DNA of 64,000 nt from NCBI GenBank assembly GCA_038316195.1, contig JBBQAJ010000002.1:22773-86772 (forward strand). The letters run 5' to 3'. A program made the position numbers and the translations under genes. The stretch comes from Candidatus Saccharimonadales bacterium (GTDB lineage: Bacteria; Patescibacteriota; Saccharimonadia; Saccharimonadales; JBBQAJ01). Numbering within the stretch: the stretch's first letter is position 1; each line of letters opens with the position of its first letter. The notes beneath the pieces are model-generated. The model did not search any database. It saw only the letters and a list, made by a program, of their open reading frames with translations, and had not been told where the DNA came from. Positions 1 to 10,092 of the stretch are shown one piece after another.

Positions 1-203
1 TATATGGATTTGTTCGCTACCCATGGTACGTATATGCTTTATATGCCACTACTTTACTAACATTCATGGGTTATGCTAGAAACCAAATGCGTTACAGTAA
101 AGCTTATATTAATTATGAAACAACCGAAAAAAGTTACATGTTGCTAAGTATTTTTGCAAAAGTTTCATTTGCACTGATATTAATTGTCGGTCTATACAAA
201 TAA
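1..203 (+). CDS. 3' end of a membrane protein gene, truncated by the window edge; function not assignable
   Basis: An open frame runs from the window edge to TAA at 201-203. Its translation ends ...YMLLSIFAKVSFALILIVGLYK, a hydrophobic C-terminal helix. Confidence 0.4.
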   Translation, partial: YGFVRYPWYVYALYATTLLTFMGYARNQMRYSKAYINYETTEKSYMLLSIFAKVSFALILIVGLYK

Positions 204-209
204 TTTAAC

Positions 210-1469
210 TTGAAGCCATTAGAGACTATTGAAATTGAAAAACTTGTCCATGGGGGGCAGGGTTTGGGCGCGCTTTCGGATGGGCGCAAGGTGTTTGTTT
301 GGAACGCGATTGCTGATGAAACTGTTTCGGTAGAAATACACAAAAGTAAAAAAAATTATGCTGAAGGACTAGCAATTGAAATAATTAAACAAAGCCCAAA
401 TAGAATTGAACCAAAAGAATATAACTACTTGGCAACATCACCATGGCAAATCATGGATTTTGAAACCGAAAACTTATGGAAACAAAAAATAACTCGAGAA
501 CTATTTAAACAAGCCAGTATAAAACTACCAAAATTTACAATACAAACGGATAGCAAACAGTACAATTATAGAAACAAAATGGAATATTCATTTTGGGGTG
601 ATGATGATGGTATTCATTTGGCACTATACAACCGTGGAAGCCACCAAAAACAAATAGTTAATGGAAGTTTATTGGCACTTCCGTCAATAGATATGGCAGC
701 AAATGCAGTAGTAAGAGAACTGAATACCAGTGGTATTCGAGCAGGAAATTTGAAGACATTAGTTGTTCGTACTGATCAAACTGGTAGCGCAGTCGGGGCA
801 CTGTACGTTAAAGAAAATACATTTAAAAAAATCAAATTACCAAGTGAGCTTAAGGGTATTAGGGTGTATTATTCTAATCCGAAGAGCCCTGCGAGCGTTC
901 GTACAGAGCTTTTATACCAACTAGGTGATTGTAATTTATCTGATACGCTTCAGAGTGTATCGTTGGAATATGATGTAGATAGTTTTTTTCAGGTAAATGT
1001 ACCGGTTTTTGAAATGGCATTAAAATCAATTAAAAAAATTGTTAGTAACACAAATAATTTGGTAGATATGTACGCCGGTGTCGGTAGTATTGGATTATCT
1101 TTGGCTACTAAATCAGTAAATCTGATAGAAAACGATCCTTCTACGGCAGCTATGGCTATAATAAATGCAGAAAAAAGTGGACTAAAAGCTAGTGTTATAA
1201 AGGCAGCTTCAGAAAAATGTATAGACTATATAACTTCAACTCATACAATTGTGTTTGATCCACCCAGAGCAGGCCTTCATACAGATATATTGAATAGAAT
1301 TCTTGAGGTAAAACCTCCAAAAATAATCTATTTGTCCTGCAACCCAGCTACACAAGTAAGAGACATTGCCATAATTAGAGATGTTTATAAAATAATAAGC
1401 TTTGATTTATATAATTTTTTTCCTAGAACTCCACACATAGAATCTTTATGTATACTTGAACTTATATGA
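210..1469 (+). CDS. RumA/TrmA-family RNA (uracil-5)-methyltransferase with an N-terminal TRAM domain
   Basis: TTG start. The N-terminus is TRAM-like (GGQGLGALSDGRKVFVWNAIADETVSVEI). The C-terminus carries VFDPPRAGL and YLSCNPATQVRD, typical of this family. Confidence 0.85.
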   Translation: MKPLETIEIEKLVHGGQGLGALSDGRKVFVWNAIADETVSVEIHKSKKNYAEGLAIEIIKQSPNRIEPKEYNYLATSPWQIMDFETENLWKQKITRELFKQASIKLPKFTIQTDSKQYNYRNKMEYSFWGDDDGIHLALYNRGSHQKQIVNGSLLALPSIDMAANAVVRELNTSGIRAGNLKTLVVRTDQTGSAVGALYVKENTFKKIKLPSELKGIRVYYSNPKSPASVRTELLYQLGDCNLSDTLQSVSLEYDVDSFFQVNVPVFEMALKSIKKIVSNTNNLVDMYAGVGSIGLSLATKSVNLIENDPSTAAMAIINAEKSGLKASVIKAASEKCIDYITSTHTIVFDPPRAGLHTDILNRILEVKPPKIIYLSCNPATQVRDIAIIRDVYKIISFDLYNFFPRTPHIESLCILELI

Positions 1470-2173
1470 AACTACACAGATTTTATATTCCAACACAAAC
1501 AGAATTGAAGAAAGATTTTTGGCTTCATGACGAAAAGCTTCTTCATCAATTAACTAAAGTTTTGAGATATAGGGTTGGACAGGATATTGTTCTTTTTGAT
1601 GGATTTGCACACGATAGTCTTTATAAAATTGCTGCAATTTCTGACAAAGAAGTCCATGTGGTATTTGTTACAGAGTTTGTGCGTAAAATCCCCAAAAATG
1701 ACATATATTTACTCTGGAGCTTACTGAAAAAAGACAAAAATGATTGGGTTCTACAAAAATGTACAGAGCTTGGGGTGAGTCATTTTATTCCAATAATTGC
1801 CGAGAGATCAGAAAAAACCGGATTTAATTTGGATAGAGCCCAAAAAATAGTCATAGAAGCGTCTGAACAATGCGCTAGAAGCGATATTCCAAGCATTCGT
1901 CAGCCAATATTAGTTGCTACTGCACTAGTTGAACTAAAAAATAGAATAAATTTGTATGTGGCAGAACAAAGTGAAAATCAAGATGCGCATATTATAGATA
2001 TAGACGAAAAACTAAGTAATTCATTAGGAATTTTTATAGGACCTGAAGGTGGTTGGAGCGATTCTGAAAAAGTTATGTTTAATGAAAACGCGCTTAACTA
2101 CTTAAACCTACATGATTTTACTCTTCGAGCAGAAACTGCAGCAGTAACAGCTATTACAAAACTGTTACAATAA
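1466..2173 (+). CDS. rsmE: 16S rRNA (uracil1498-N3)-methyltransferase RsmE
   Basis: Starts MKLHRFYIP and carries the GPEGGWS motif. Overlaps the upstream gene by ATGA. Confidence 0.9.
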   Translation: MKLHRFYIPTQTELKKDFWLHDEKLLHQLTKVLRYRVGQDIVLFDGFAHDSLYKIAAISDKEVHVVFVTEFVRKIPKNDIYLLWSLLKKDKNDWVLQKCTELGVSHFIPIIAERSEKTGFNLDRAQKIVIEASEQCARSDIPSIRQPILVATALVELKNRINLYVAEQSENQDAHIIDIDEKLSNSLGIFIGPEGGWSDSEKVMFNENALNYLNLHDFTLRAETAAVTAITKLLQ

Positions 2174-2179
2174 GGCACT

Positions 2180-2968
2180 ATGACTGGAAATAGCTATTGG
2201 AAAGGGAGACATAAGCCATATCAACCCGGGCAATCAGAGGTTTTTAAAGTGTCTAGAAGCAAGATTGAGCTTTTTGTTCAGTGTCCACGTTGTTTTTGGC
2301 TGGATGCACGACTCAAAATAAAGCGACCAAACGGACCACCTTTCAGGATAAATTCTGCAATTGATGAACTATTTAAAAAAGAATTTGATATGCATCGAGT
2401 GGCTGGTACAAAACATCCGTTGCAAAAAAAGTTTAAAATAGACGCCAAACCGTTTATTCATAAAGATTTGGACAAGTGGAGAGCAAATTTTACCGGTGTT
2501 ACAACATTGCATGAACCAACAAACCTGCAGGTATCTGGTGCAGTTGATGATGTTTGGGTAAATCCGAGTGGTGAACTTATTGTTGTCGACTACAAAGCAA
2601 CTGCCAAAAGTGATGAGATTACGGGTTTGGGACCGGTTGGTGGTTGGCAAGATAGCTATCGACGTCAAATGGAAGTTTACCAATGGTTGCTCAGGGCAAA
2701 TGATTTTGTAGTTAGCGACACAGGATATTTTGTTTATGCCAATGGTGATGTTAATGCAGATGGCTTCAATGATGTAATAAAGTTTCGTACAAATGTTTTC
2801 CCACACATTGGAACTGACAAATGGGTTGAAAATACACTGATCAAAATGAAGAATTGTTTAGACGGAGACATGCCACCTGTTGGCAAGGCTGCAATGGGTG
2901 GACCATGCGACTATTGCGAATATGCTCGTTCGAGAACCGAAATTACCCTTAAAGCATTGAAAAAGTAG
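2180..2968 (+). CDS. PD-(D/E)XK (RecB/Cas4-like) nuclease family protein with Cys pairs
   Basis: VVDYKATAK is a D/ExK core. An N-terminal CPRC and a C-terminal CDYC are arranged like the Fe-S/Zn ligands of Cas4/AddB-type nucleases. Confidence 0.6.
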   Translation: MTGNSYWKGRHKPYQPGQSEVFKVSRSKIELFVQCPRCFWLDARLKIKRPNGPPFRINSAIDELFKKEFDMHRVAGTKHPLQKKFKIDAKPFIHKDLDKWRANFTGVTTLHEPTNLQVSGAVDDVWVNPSGELIVVDYKATAKSDEITGLGPVGGWQDSYRRQMEVYQWLLRANDFVVSDTGYFVYANGDVNADGFNDVIKFRTNVFPHIGTDKWVENTLIKMKNCLDGDMPPVGKAAMGGPCDYCEYARSRTEITLKALKK

Positions 2969-3011
2969 ATTATTACTGTAATCTGTCGTCTGTAATCTGT
3001 ATACTAATGAC

Positions 3012-4256
3012 ATGTTAGATATTCAATACATTCGGGATAATGGAGAATTGGTACAGGAGAAATCCAGACAAAAAGGCTACAAAATAGACATTAAAGCATT
3101 CTTAAAACTAGATATTGAGCGTCGTGAAATGTTGGGTAAACTTGAGGCTTTGCGAGCTGAACGCAATCAGATATCTGATGCCCTAAAAACCGGCAACCCA
3201 TCCCTAGAACAAATAAACAAGGGGCGTGAAATAAAAGATCAAATAAATCAGACAGAAGCCCTTTTAGAGCCAGTTTCAATGTCATTGAATCTGCTAATGA
3301 AGAGCATACCAAATGTTCATTTTGACGATGTTCCAGTTGGAGATGAAGATAAGAGCGTTGAAGTACGAAGCTTTGGAGAAAAAACTACCGGTGCTGTGGA
3401 TCACCTGGAATTTGCCTTAAATCGTGATTGGGTCGATTTTGATCGTGGCGCCAAAGTAGCAGGTGCTAAATTCTATTTTCTAAAAGGCGACTTGGCTCTT
3501 TTGGAAAATGCAGTTATCCAATTTGCATTGGAAATAGTAACCAAAAAAGGCTACAAACTGCTTACTGTACCTCATTTAGTGAATTCTCGTACAGCTACGG
3601 GTACAGGGTTTGCCCCCCGGACAAGTGATCAAAATGACTCATATTATATAGAAGGAGAAGACCTAAGTTTGATTGCAACTTCTGAAATACCTATCACTGG
3701 TTATCACGCTGACGAGATTATTAATGAAGTTGATTTGCCACTCCTTTACGCAGGCATAAGTACTTGCTATCGTAAAGAAGCAGGTGCATATGGCAAACAC
3801 GACCACGGATTATTTAGAGTCCACCAGTTTAATAAGCTAGAAATGTATGCACTTACAACACCAGATAATTCTCAAGCTATGCATGAACAAATTTTGCAAA
3901 CAGAAGAAGAGATATGGCAAGCACTGGGTATTCCTTATCATGTAATAAATATTGCTTCGGGCGATCTTGGCGCTCCTGCCGCTAAAAAATATGACTTGGA
4001 ATATTGGTCAAAATCTGACGGCAAATACAGGGAACTTACAAGTTGTTCTAACTGCACAGACTATCAATCACGTAATTTGAACATTCGTGTTCGCAGTAAA
4101 AATGGTAATGTAGAAATACTGCACACTTTAAATGGTACTGCTGTAGCAACGGCAAGATCTTTGGTTGCAATCATTGAAAATTACCAAACCAGTGATGGCA
4201 AATTAAAAGTTCCAGACGTGTTAATAAAATATATGGGAGGAAGAGAGTTGATATGA
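3012..4256 (+). CDS. serS: Seryl-tRNA synthetase
   Basis: N-terminal coiled-coil arm followed by a class II core (FRVHQFNKLEM, LNGTAVA). Confidence 0.95.
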   Translation: MLDIQYIRDNGELVQEKSRQKGYKIDIKAFLKLDIERREMLGKLEALRAERNQISDALKTGNPSLEQINKGREIKDQINQTEALLEPVSMSLNLLMKSIPNVHFDDVPVGDEDKSVEVRSFGEKTTGAVDHLEFALNRDWVDFDRGAKVAGAKFYFLKGDLALLENAVIQFALEIVTKKGYKLLTVPHLVNSRTATGTGFAPRTSDQNDSYYIEGEDLSLIATSEIPITGYHADEIINEVDLPLLYAGISTCYRKEAGAYGKHDHGLFRVHQFNKLEMYALTTPDNSQAMHEQILQTEEEIWQALGIPYHVINIASGDLGAPAAKKYDLEYWSKSDGKYRELTSCSNCTDYQSRNLNIRVRSKNGNVEILHTLNGTAVATARSLVAIIENYQTSDGKLKVPDVLIKYMGGRELI

Positions 4257-4621
4257 TAAAAAAACTTGAAATTAAAGGGGTTCATTATGAACTCACGCCT
4301 AAACTAAAAACATATGTACGAAATAAACTAGGTAAGATGGACAAATATATTCCTAAGCACGCTCGAGAGTCTGCTCATATGGAGGTTTTTCTTAAAGAAG
4401 TAAAAAATAAATCAAAAAATATCTGTGAGTGCGAAGTCATTTTACGCCTTCCAAATGAGACACTGACAGTTAAAGAATCTACGATAAATATGTTTGCAGC
4501 TGTAGATATAGTTGAGGCAAAATTAAAAAACCAAGTAAAGAAATACAAATCAAAACATGGCAGTCCTCAGTTGCACCATAGACTTATCGCTAAATTAAGA
4601 CGCTCTAAGCATCGAATTTAA
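4253..4621 (+). CDS. hpf: Ribosome hibernation promoting factor (short HPF/RaiA type)
   Basis: N-terminus ELTPKLKTYVRNKLGKMDKY is typical of S30AE/HPF proteins. Overlaps serS by ATGA. Confidence 0.85.
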   Translation: MIKKLEIKGVHYELTPKLKTYVRNKLGKMDKYIPKHARESAHMEVFLKEVKNKSKNICECEVILRLPNETLTVKESTINMFAAVDIVEAKLKNQVKKYKSKHGSPQLHHRLIAKLRRSKHRI

Positions 4622-4719
4622 TATTGTTGGGAAAATTACCTAGCGTTAAGTACCTCTGATGGGGTACAATATTTTGGTACATCTGACATTACTGTGTCAA
4701 AAAAGGGAGAATTAGCTAA

Positions 4720-7320
4720 GTGAATAAAGTTTTTAAGAAAGTTCTTGGTGACCCGCAGATTAAAACTTTGCGTCGTATGCGCAAGCGCGTCAAAGATGTA
4801 AATACGCTGGAACCAAAGTATAAAAAACTGACCGACAAGCAATTAAAAGAGCAAACAGATGTTCTTAAAAAACGTTTGGAAAAAGAGTCTATTGATAAGA
4901 TCTTGCCAGATGCTTTTGCCGTTGTTCGAGAAGGTGCAAGACGTACTTTGGGTCAAAGGCATTTTGACGTACAGCTAATTGGTGGAATGGTTTTGCATGA
5001 AGGGAAGGTTGCCGAGATGAAAACTGGGGAGGGAAAAACTCTGGTAGCTACTCTCGCAGTATATTTAAATGGGCTAACTGGAAAAGGCGTACACGTTGTA
5101 ACAGTAAATGATTATTTGGCTAGACGTGACGCTGGCTGGATGGGCGAAGTGTATGATTTTTTGGGTCTTTCAACAGGAGTGATTATTGCTGATGAATCAT
5201 ACATATTTGATTCAAAATTTGAAGATAAAAGCCATGACGACAAACGACTTTGGCATATGAAGCCATGTACCAGACAGGAAGCATACAATGCTGACATTAC
5301 TTATGGCACAAATAATGAGTTTGGTTTTGATTATCTGCGAGACAATATGGTTCGGGAAACTGATCAACTTCGTCAAAGAGAACTTCATTACGCAATCGTA
5401 GATGAAGTGGATTCTATCTTAATAGATGAAGCCAGAACGCCACTTATTATCTCAGCTCCAAGTGTGACCAGTGGTACTGCTTATGCGCAATTTGCTAAGG
5501 TAACGCGTCAATTAAAGAAAGATGAAGATTATGAAACTGATGAAAAACGAAAATCAGTAATATTGACAAATGAAGGCGTGGAACATGTTGAAAAAATATT
5601 GGGTTTAAAAAATCTTTACGGAACGGACAACATTCGAACAATATATCACTTAGAGCAAGCACTCAAAGCCCAAGCAATGTTTCATCGTGATAAAGACTAT
5701 GTTGTCACTCAAGAAGGTGAAGTTGTTATTGTAGATGACTTTACAGGCCGATTACTAAAAGGACGTCGATATAATGAAGGTTTGCATCAGGCAATAGAGG
5801 CAAAAGAAGGTGTAGAAGTTCAAGAAGAGTCCATGACACTGGCAACAATTTCATTTCAAAACTATTTTAGATTATATGAAAAATTATCTGGTATGACAGG
5901 TACTGCTGAAACAGAAAGTGAAGAATTTCACCAAGTTTATGAGCTTGATGTAGTTCAAGTGCCATCTAATAAAATATTGATGCGTGATGATAGAACTGAT
6001 CGCATATATCGTACCGAAGCAGGTAAGTTCAAGGCAATTGTTAGAGAAATAGCTACCTTGCACCACAAGGGTCAGCCAGTATTGCTAGGTACTGTATCGA
6101 TAGAAAAAAACGAAGTGTTAAGTGGTTTGCTAAAAAAAGCAAAAATCCCACATCAAATGTTAAATGCTAAAAACAACGAAAAAGAAGCTAGTATAGTTGC
6201 CAAAGCCGGTCAAAAGGGAGCAGTTACTTTAGCCACAAATATCGCAGGTCGTGGAACAGATATTGTGTTGGATGACGAAACAAAAGCACTTGGTGGACTA
6301 TTTGTGTTAGGTAGCGAAAGGCATGAATCGCGAAGAATAGATAATCAGCTTAGGGGCCGATCAGGTAGGCAAGGTGACCCAGGTGTTACGCAATTTTTTG
6401 TTAGTACGGAAGATGATTTGATGCGTATTTTTGGTGGGGAACGAATCGGCTCAATTATGGATAGACTTGGCGTAGACGACGAAACACCAATTGAAAACAG
6501 AGTAATTAGTAAAAGCCTTGAAGGTGCGCAGAAAAAAGTTGAAGGTTTTAACTTTGATACACGTAAAAACGTTGTTCAGTATGACGACGTTATGAACAGA
6601 CATCGTAAAGCCACCTATACAATGCGCCGAGAAATTCTTTTACACGCAGATATTAAAAAACGAATTGTAGCTTTTTTGGACGACGAAGTAAAAATTTTGG
6701 CCAATAGTCCCTTATTACTTTCAGATAAATATGAATCGATTATAAAAGAAAGTTTTCCATTTGAAGACGACACGCTCGATAGATTGTTTGACTCTGAATC
6801 ATCACAATTCGGTAAAGTTTTAAAAACTGAGGTTCATGATATTTATAAGGCTAGAGAGACTGCATTTACTACTGAAATTATGAGAAAAGTTGAGAGAGAC
6901 ATATATCTTCAAATTCTCGATAACTTATGGATGCAACACCTGGAAAATATGGATCATATGAGGGAGGGTATTCATTGGATAAGCGTTGGTCAAAGAGACC
7001 CTTTGGTTGAGTATCGTCGACAAGGTCAGCATATGTTTGAAGAAATGCAAAAAACATTACGACATGAAGTGGTCCAGGCATTGTTTAGCGCTGAACCCGT
7101 AGATGCCGAAAGGGCAGTCGAAACTGAGTTAACTCGCGCAGCTAGACGCTCAGTTGATAATGCAGATAAAATTCTTGAAGCCGATGAATTTGAAGAAACG
7201 GATTTTGTACCTCTTAAAGCTGCAATGGCAGCTAAAAGTCGCAGTAAAGATAAAATTAAAAAAGCACGTAAACAAGAGCGTCAGCACAAACAAAAAGCCA
7301 AAAACAAGAAGCATAAATAA
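4720..7320 (+). CDS. secA: Preprotein translocase ATPase SecA
   Basis: GTG start with an AAGGGAG SD upstream. Contains MKTGEGKTLVA, DEVDSILIDEARTPLIIS and TNIAGRGTDI. Confidence 0.97.
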   Translation: MNKVFKKVLGDPQIKTLRRMRKRVKDVNTLEPKYKKLTDKQLKEQTDVLKKRLEKESIDKILPDAFAVVREGARRTLGQRHFDVQLIGGMVLHEGKVAEMKTGEGKTLVATLAVYLNGLTGKGVHVVTVNDYLARRDAGWMGEVYDFLGLSTGVIIADESYIFDSKFEDKSHDDKRLWHMKPCTRQEAYNADITYGTNNEFGFDYLRDNMVRETDQLRQRELHYAIVDEVDSILIDEARTPLIISAPSVTSGTAYAQFAKVTRQLKKDEDYETDEKRKSVILTNEGVEHVEKILGLKNLYGTDNIRTIYHLEQALKAQAMFHRDKDYVVTQEGEVVIVDDFTGRLLKGRRYNEGLHQAIEAKEGVEVQEESMTLATISFQNYFRLYEKLSGMTGTAETESEEFHQVYELDVVQVPSNKILMRDDRTDRIYRTEAGKFKAIVREIATLHHKGQPVLLGTVSIEKNEVLSGLLKKAKIPHQMLNAKNNEKEASIVAKAGQKGAVTLATNIAGRGTDIVLDDETKALGGLFVLGSERHESRRIDNQLRGRSGRQGDPGVTQFFVSTEDDLMRIFGGERIGSIMDRLGVDDETPIENRVISKSLEGAQKKVEGFNFDTRKNVVQYDDVMNRHRKATYTMRREILLHADIKKRIVAFLDDEVKILANSPLLLSDKYESIIKESFPFEDDTLDRLFDSESSQFGKVLKTEVHDIYKARETAFTTEIMRKVERDIYLQILDNLWMQHLENMDHMREGIHWISVGQRDPLVEYRRQGQHMFEEMQKTLRHEVVQALFSAEPVDAERAVETELTRAARRSVDNADKILEADEFEETDFVPLKAAMAAKSRSKDKIKKARKQERQHKQKAKNKKHK

Positions 7321-8609
7321 TGCGACATACTGCTAATGAAGTAGCGCTTAAAAATGGGGCTAAAGGGCTATTTATTCACGTTCCTGGTGCCACAGTTATG
7401 AGTATCGAAATTAATTTTAGAGCCGGAGATTTTTTATGCCCACCTGATAAATGGGAAACTGCACATTTAATGGAACACTTGTTATTGGGTGCAAATGAAC
7501 AAATTCCGCGATCAAGAGCATTTCAGGCTGAGTTTGAAAAGAATGGAGCATATTGTAACGCAAGTACGGGTAGTTATGACATAACTTATGAAGCAGAATG
7601 TGCTGATTTTGAGTGGCAACGAATTTCAAATTTGTTATTAGTTGCTATCAGTAAGCCATTATTTTTGGAGGATGAATTTAAAGCAGAATTTGGAAATGTT
7701 CGCGAGGAGATGATGGGACGTTCAAACAATCATTTCCGTCACCTTAGCTTGGCACTTAGACGAAAGTACGGGTATAAAGTTCTAACAGACCAGGAGCGCG
7801 TACAACAAATGAAAAATGTCATGGTGGAGGACATACGTGCCCATTACGTTAAAACCCATTTCACTCGAAATATGCGTTTTGTTGTGGCTGGAAAACTTAC
7901 AACTTCACGACAGCAATCAATTACAGATATGTTGGAAAATATAGCATTACCAATTGGTAAAAGCAGAATAGCTCTTCCAGTAGAGCGGCCTAAAGGACTG
8001 AAAGAGCCCTTATATATTGCCAATAGAACTGTAGAAAACATGTATTTTTATCTTGATACATTTATCAATAGACGATTAAGTGAAGCAGAAGCAGACGCTC
8101 TTGGTTTGGTAAACACTATGCTGACTGAAACTCTACACTCTAGAATTTTGGGTGAAGCTCGTGAAAAGGGCCTAGTCTATAGTATGAGTTCAAACTATCT
8201 GCAGACGAAAAATGCAACAAACTGGTGGTTTGGCACTCAAGTGACTGCTCTTAATGCTCCAGCACTTTTTACTATTATTACAAAAGAAATTTTGGCTGTT
8301 TGCCACGGAGATGTAACCCAAGCAGATATTTCGGCAGCACAACAATATATGTTGGGGAGGTTTCAGAGAAGTGGCCAAACAGTTTCTGGTACGGCATCTG
8401 GATACAGTGGTAGATATTTCTTTGATGATTTTATAGAAGACTATTACCTGGTCCCCGAACGAATTAAAGCTATAACTAAAGAGCAGATTGTAGCCATTAC
8501 AAACGAATTTTTCTCAAAACCTCTTTGGGGAGCTGGATTTTTAGGTGCAGCAAATAAAGACATTAGACAACAACTAATTAACATACTTATGCCTCTTTGG
8601 AACAAGTAA
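7320..8609 (+). CDS. M16 (pitrilysin/insulinase) family zinc peptidase
   Basis: Inverted zinc motif HxxEH (HLMEH). The length (429 aa) is typical of the family. Overlaps secA by TAATG. Confidence 0.8.
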   Translation: MRHTANEVALKNGAKGLFIHVPGATVMSIEINFRAGDFLCPPDKWETAHLMEHLLLGANEQIPRSRAFQAEFEKNGAYCNASTGSYDITYEAECADFEWQRISNLLLVAISKPLFLEDEFKAEFGNVREEMMGRSNNHFRHLSLALRRKYGYKVLTDQERVQQMKNVMVEDIRAHYVKTHFTRNMRFVVAGKLTTSRQQSITDMLENIALPIGKSRIALPVERPKGLKEPLYIANRTVENMYFYLDTFINRRLSEAEADALGLVNTMLTETLHSRILGEAREKGLVYSMSSNYLQTKNATNWWFGTQVTALNAPALFTIITKEILAVCHGDVTQADISAAQQYMLGRFQRSGQTVSGTASGYSGRYFFDDFIEDYYLVPERIKAITKEQIVAITNEFFSKPLWGAGFLGAANKDIRQQLINILMPLWNK

Positions 8610-8627
8610 CATATAATAAGTAGTAAT

Positions 8628-9713
8628 ATGGAAAAACTTGCAAAACAAACTGCTGAATTAGCTGAGAATATTAAAAAAGCAATAAATAAGTTGAAAATAA
8701 TTGATTTGGAAAAAAATCTGGTTATTTTGCAAACAAAATCTTCTGATCCTAAGCTTTGGAGTAATCAAGAGGAAGCTCAGCAAGTAATGAAAAAACAATC
8801 GAGATTAGAAGGACGCATTAAACCGTGGCGAGATCTAGAAAAGACTATAAAAGAAACGGGAGAACTTTTAGCCCTTAATGATGATTCAATAGAAGTAGAT
8901 CTATCCAAGCAGTTAGCTGTAGCTAAAAAATCCTTCGATCAGTTGAAATCTGAGTTACTCTTCAACGGAAAATATGATTCACGCGCAGTAATATTAAACA
9001 TATATGCTGGTGCTGGTGGCACAGACGCTCAAGATTGGGCACAGATGTTATTACGTATGTACATTCGTTGGGCAGAAGCTGAGAATTTCTCAGTTGTTAC
9101 AATCGATCAATCTGAAGGCGATGAAGCAGGAATTAAAAGTGCCACAATAGAAATTGATGGAAATTTTGTATATGGAAAACTTCAAGGTGAAAATGGTGTT
9201 CACAGACTCGTTAGGTTAAGTCCGTATAATAGTGATAATTTACGTCAAACCAGTTTCGCAAAAGTTGAAATTATGCCTAAAATAGATAGCCCAGATGACG
9301 TAGAAATTGATGAAAAAGACCTAAAAATAGATGTATATAGAAGTGGTGGTAAAGGTGGACAATCAGTAAACACAACGGATTCAGCAGTTCGCATTACCCA
9401 TACTCCGACTGGTATAGTTGTAGCTATACAAAACGAGCGTTCTCAGCTACAAAATAAAGAAACTGCAATGACGATTGTGCGCTCAAAGCTTGCGCAATTG
9501 CAAATAGAGCAGCATGCTGAAAATTTACGTGAATTAAAAGGTCCAAACGAACAAGTCGCATGGGGGAATCAAATAAGAAGTTATGTTCTGCACCCCTATA
9601 AGCAAATAAAAGATTTACGCACTAACTACATTTCTACGGATACAGAGGCAGTTCTAGGTGGTAGCATAAATGGTTTTATATCAGCTTATTTAGAATATAC
9701 ATTTGGTAAATAA
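8628..9713 (+). CDS. prfB: Peptide chain release factor 2, encoded in a single frame
   Basis: GGQ motif (SGGKGGQSVNTTDSAVRITH). The RF2-type recognition loop reads SPY rather than SPF. Full length is in one ORF, with no in-frame UGA near codon 25. Confidence 0.93.
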   Translation: MEKLAKQTAELAENIKKAINKLKIIDLEKNLVILQTKSSDPKLWSNQEEAQQVMKKQSRLEGRIKPWRDLEKTIKETGELLALNDDSIEVDLSKQLAVAKKSFDQLKSELLFNGKYDSRAVILNIYAGAGGTDAQDWAQMLLRMYIRWAEAENFSVVTIDQSEGDEAGIKSATIEIDGNFVYGKLQGENGVHRLVRLSPYNSDNLRQTSFAKVEIMPKIDSPDDVEIDEKDLKIDVYRSGGKGGQSVNTTDSAVRITHTPTGIVVAIQNERSQLQNKETAMTIVRSKLAQLQIEQHAENLRELKGPNEQVAWGNQIRSYVLHPYKQIKDLRTNYISTDTEAVLGGSINGFISAYLEYTFGK

Positions 9714-9750
9714 AACTATCGCTACTTAATGAAACAATTAACATGTTTGT

Positions 9751-9779
9751 TTGACAAGCCATAAACGTATTGATAACAT
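9751..9779 (+). promoter_or_regulatory. Sigma-70-type promoter for the small Pro-rich gene
   Basis: TTGACA (9751-9756), a 17-nt spacer ending in TGa, then TAACAT (9774-9779). Confidence 0.55.
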
Positions 9780-9816
9780 ACTGGCAGGTAACAATTTAAT
9801 ACAAAAAGGAACATTT

Positions 9817-10035
9817 ATGGACCCACAAACTCCACAAGAAGAACCATCAATTACGCCGTTTACTCCACCAATTGAACCGAGTGAGCCACAAGATGCACCA
9901 CCAGTAACTCCAGATCCAATTCCTGTGTCAGAACCTAATATGCCAGCTACAGACGAGCCAAGCGTCGCTATTCCTGAGCAAGGCGCAGACGCAGAAGCAA
10001 TATCGCCAAGTGACCCTATCTCTGGTGCGCTTTAG
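9817..10035 (+). CDS. Small acidic proline-rich protein (72 aa), likely disordered; unknown function
   Basis: ATG at 9817 is preceded by AAAGGA. The tracked TTG at 9751 coincides with the -35 box, so it is unlikely to be the start. Sequence is P/E/D-rich (MDPQTPQEEPSITPFTPPIEPSEPQDAPP...). Confidence 0.55.
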   Translation: MDPQTPQEEPSITPFTPPIEPSEPQDAPPVTPDPIPVSEPNMPATDEPSVAIPEQGADAEAISPSDPISGAL

Positions 10036-10050
10036 CTTGAAATTTTATTA

Positions 10051-10092
10051 AAATGTCCTTTATGCCACGAGCCGTATGAAGGACATTTTGTT
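10051..10092 (+). terminator. Rho-independent terminator-like hairpin
   Basis: AAATGTCCTT (10051-10060) pairs with AAGGACATTT (10079-10088) around an 18-nt loop, followed by TTTTGTT. Confidence 0.55.

Noticed and set aside
2369-2806. A 145-aa minus-strand ORF inside the PD-(D/E)XK nuclease gene
   Set aside because: It is fully antisense to a gene with clear motifs and has low-complexity, Cys/Ile-rich composition typical of shadow ORFs. The same reasoning applies to the other antisense ORFs in the track, for example 13380-13838, 16187-16573, 40959-41258, 43041-43427, 46863-47264, 56609-56956 and 59460-59903.
8690-8720. Expected programmed +1 frameshift site in prfB
   Set aside because: I looked for an early in-frame UGA or CUU UGA with an upstream SD-like element and found none. 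The full-length RF2 is in a single frame, so no frameshift feature is reported.
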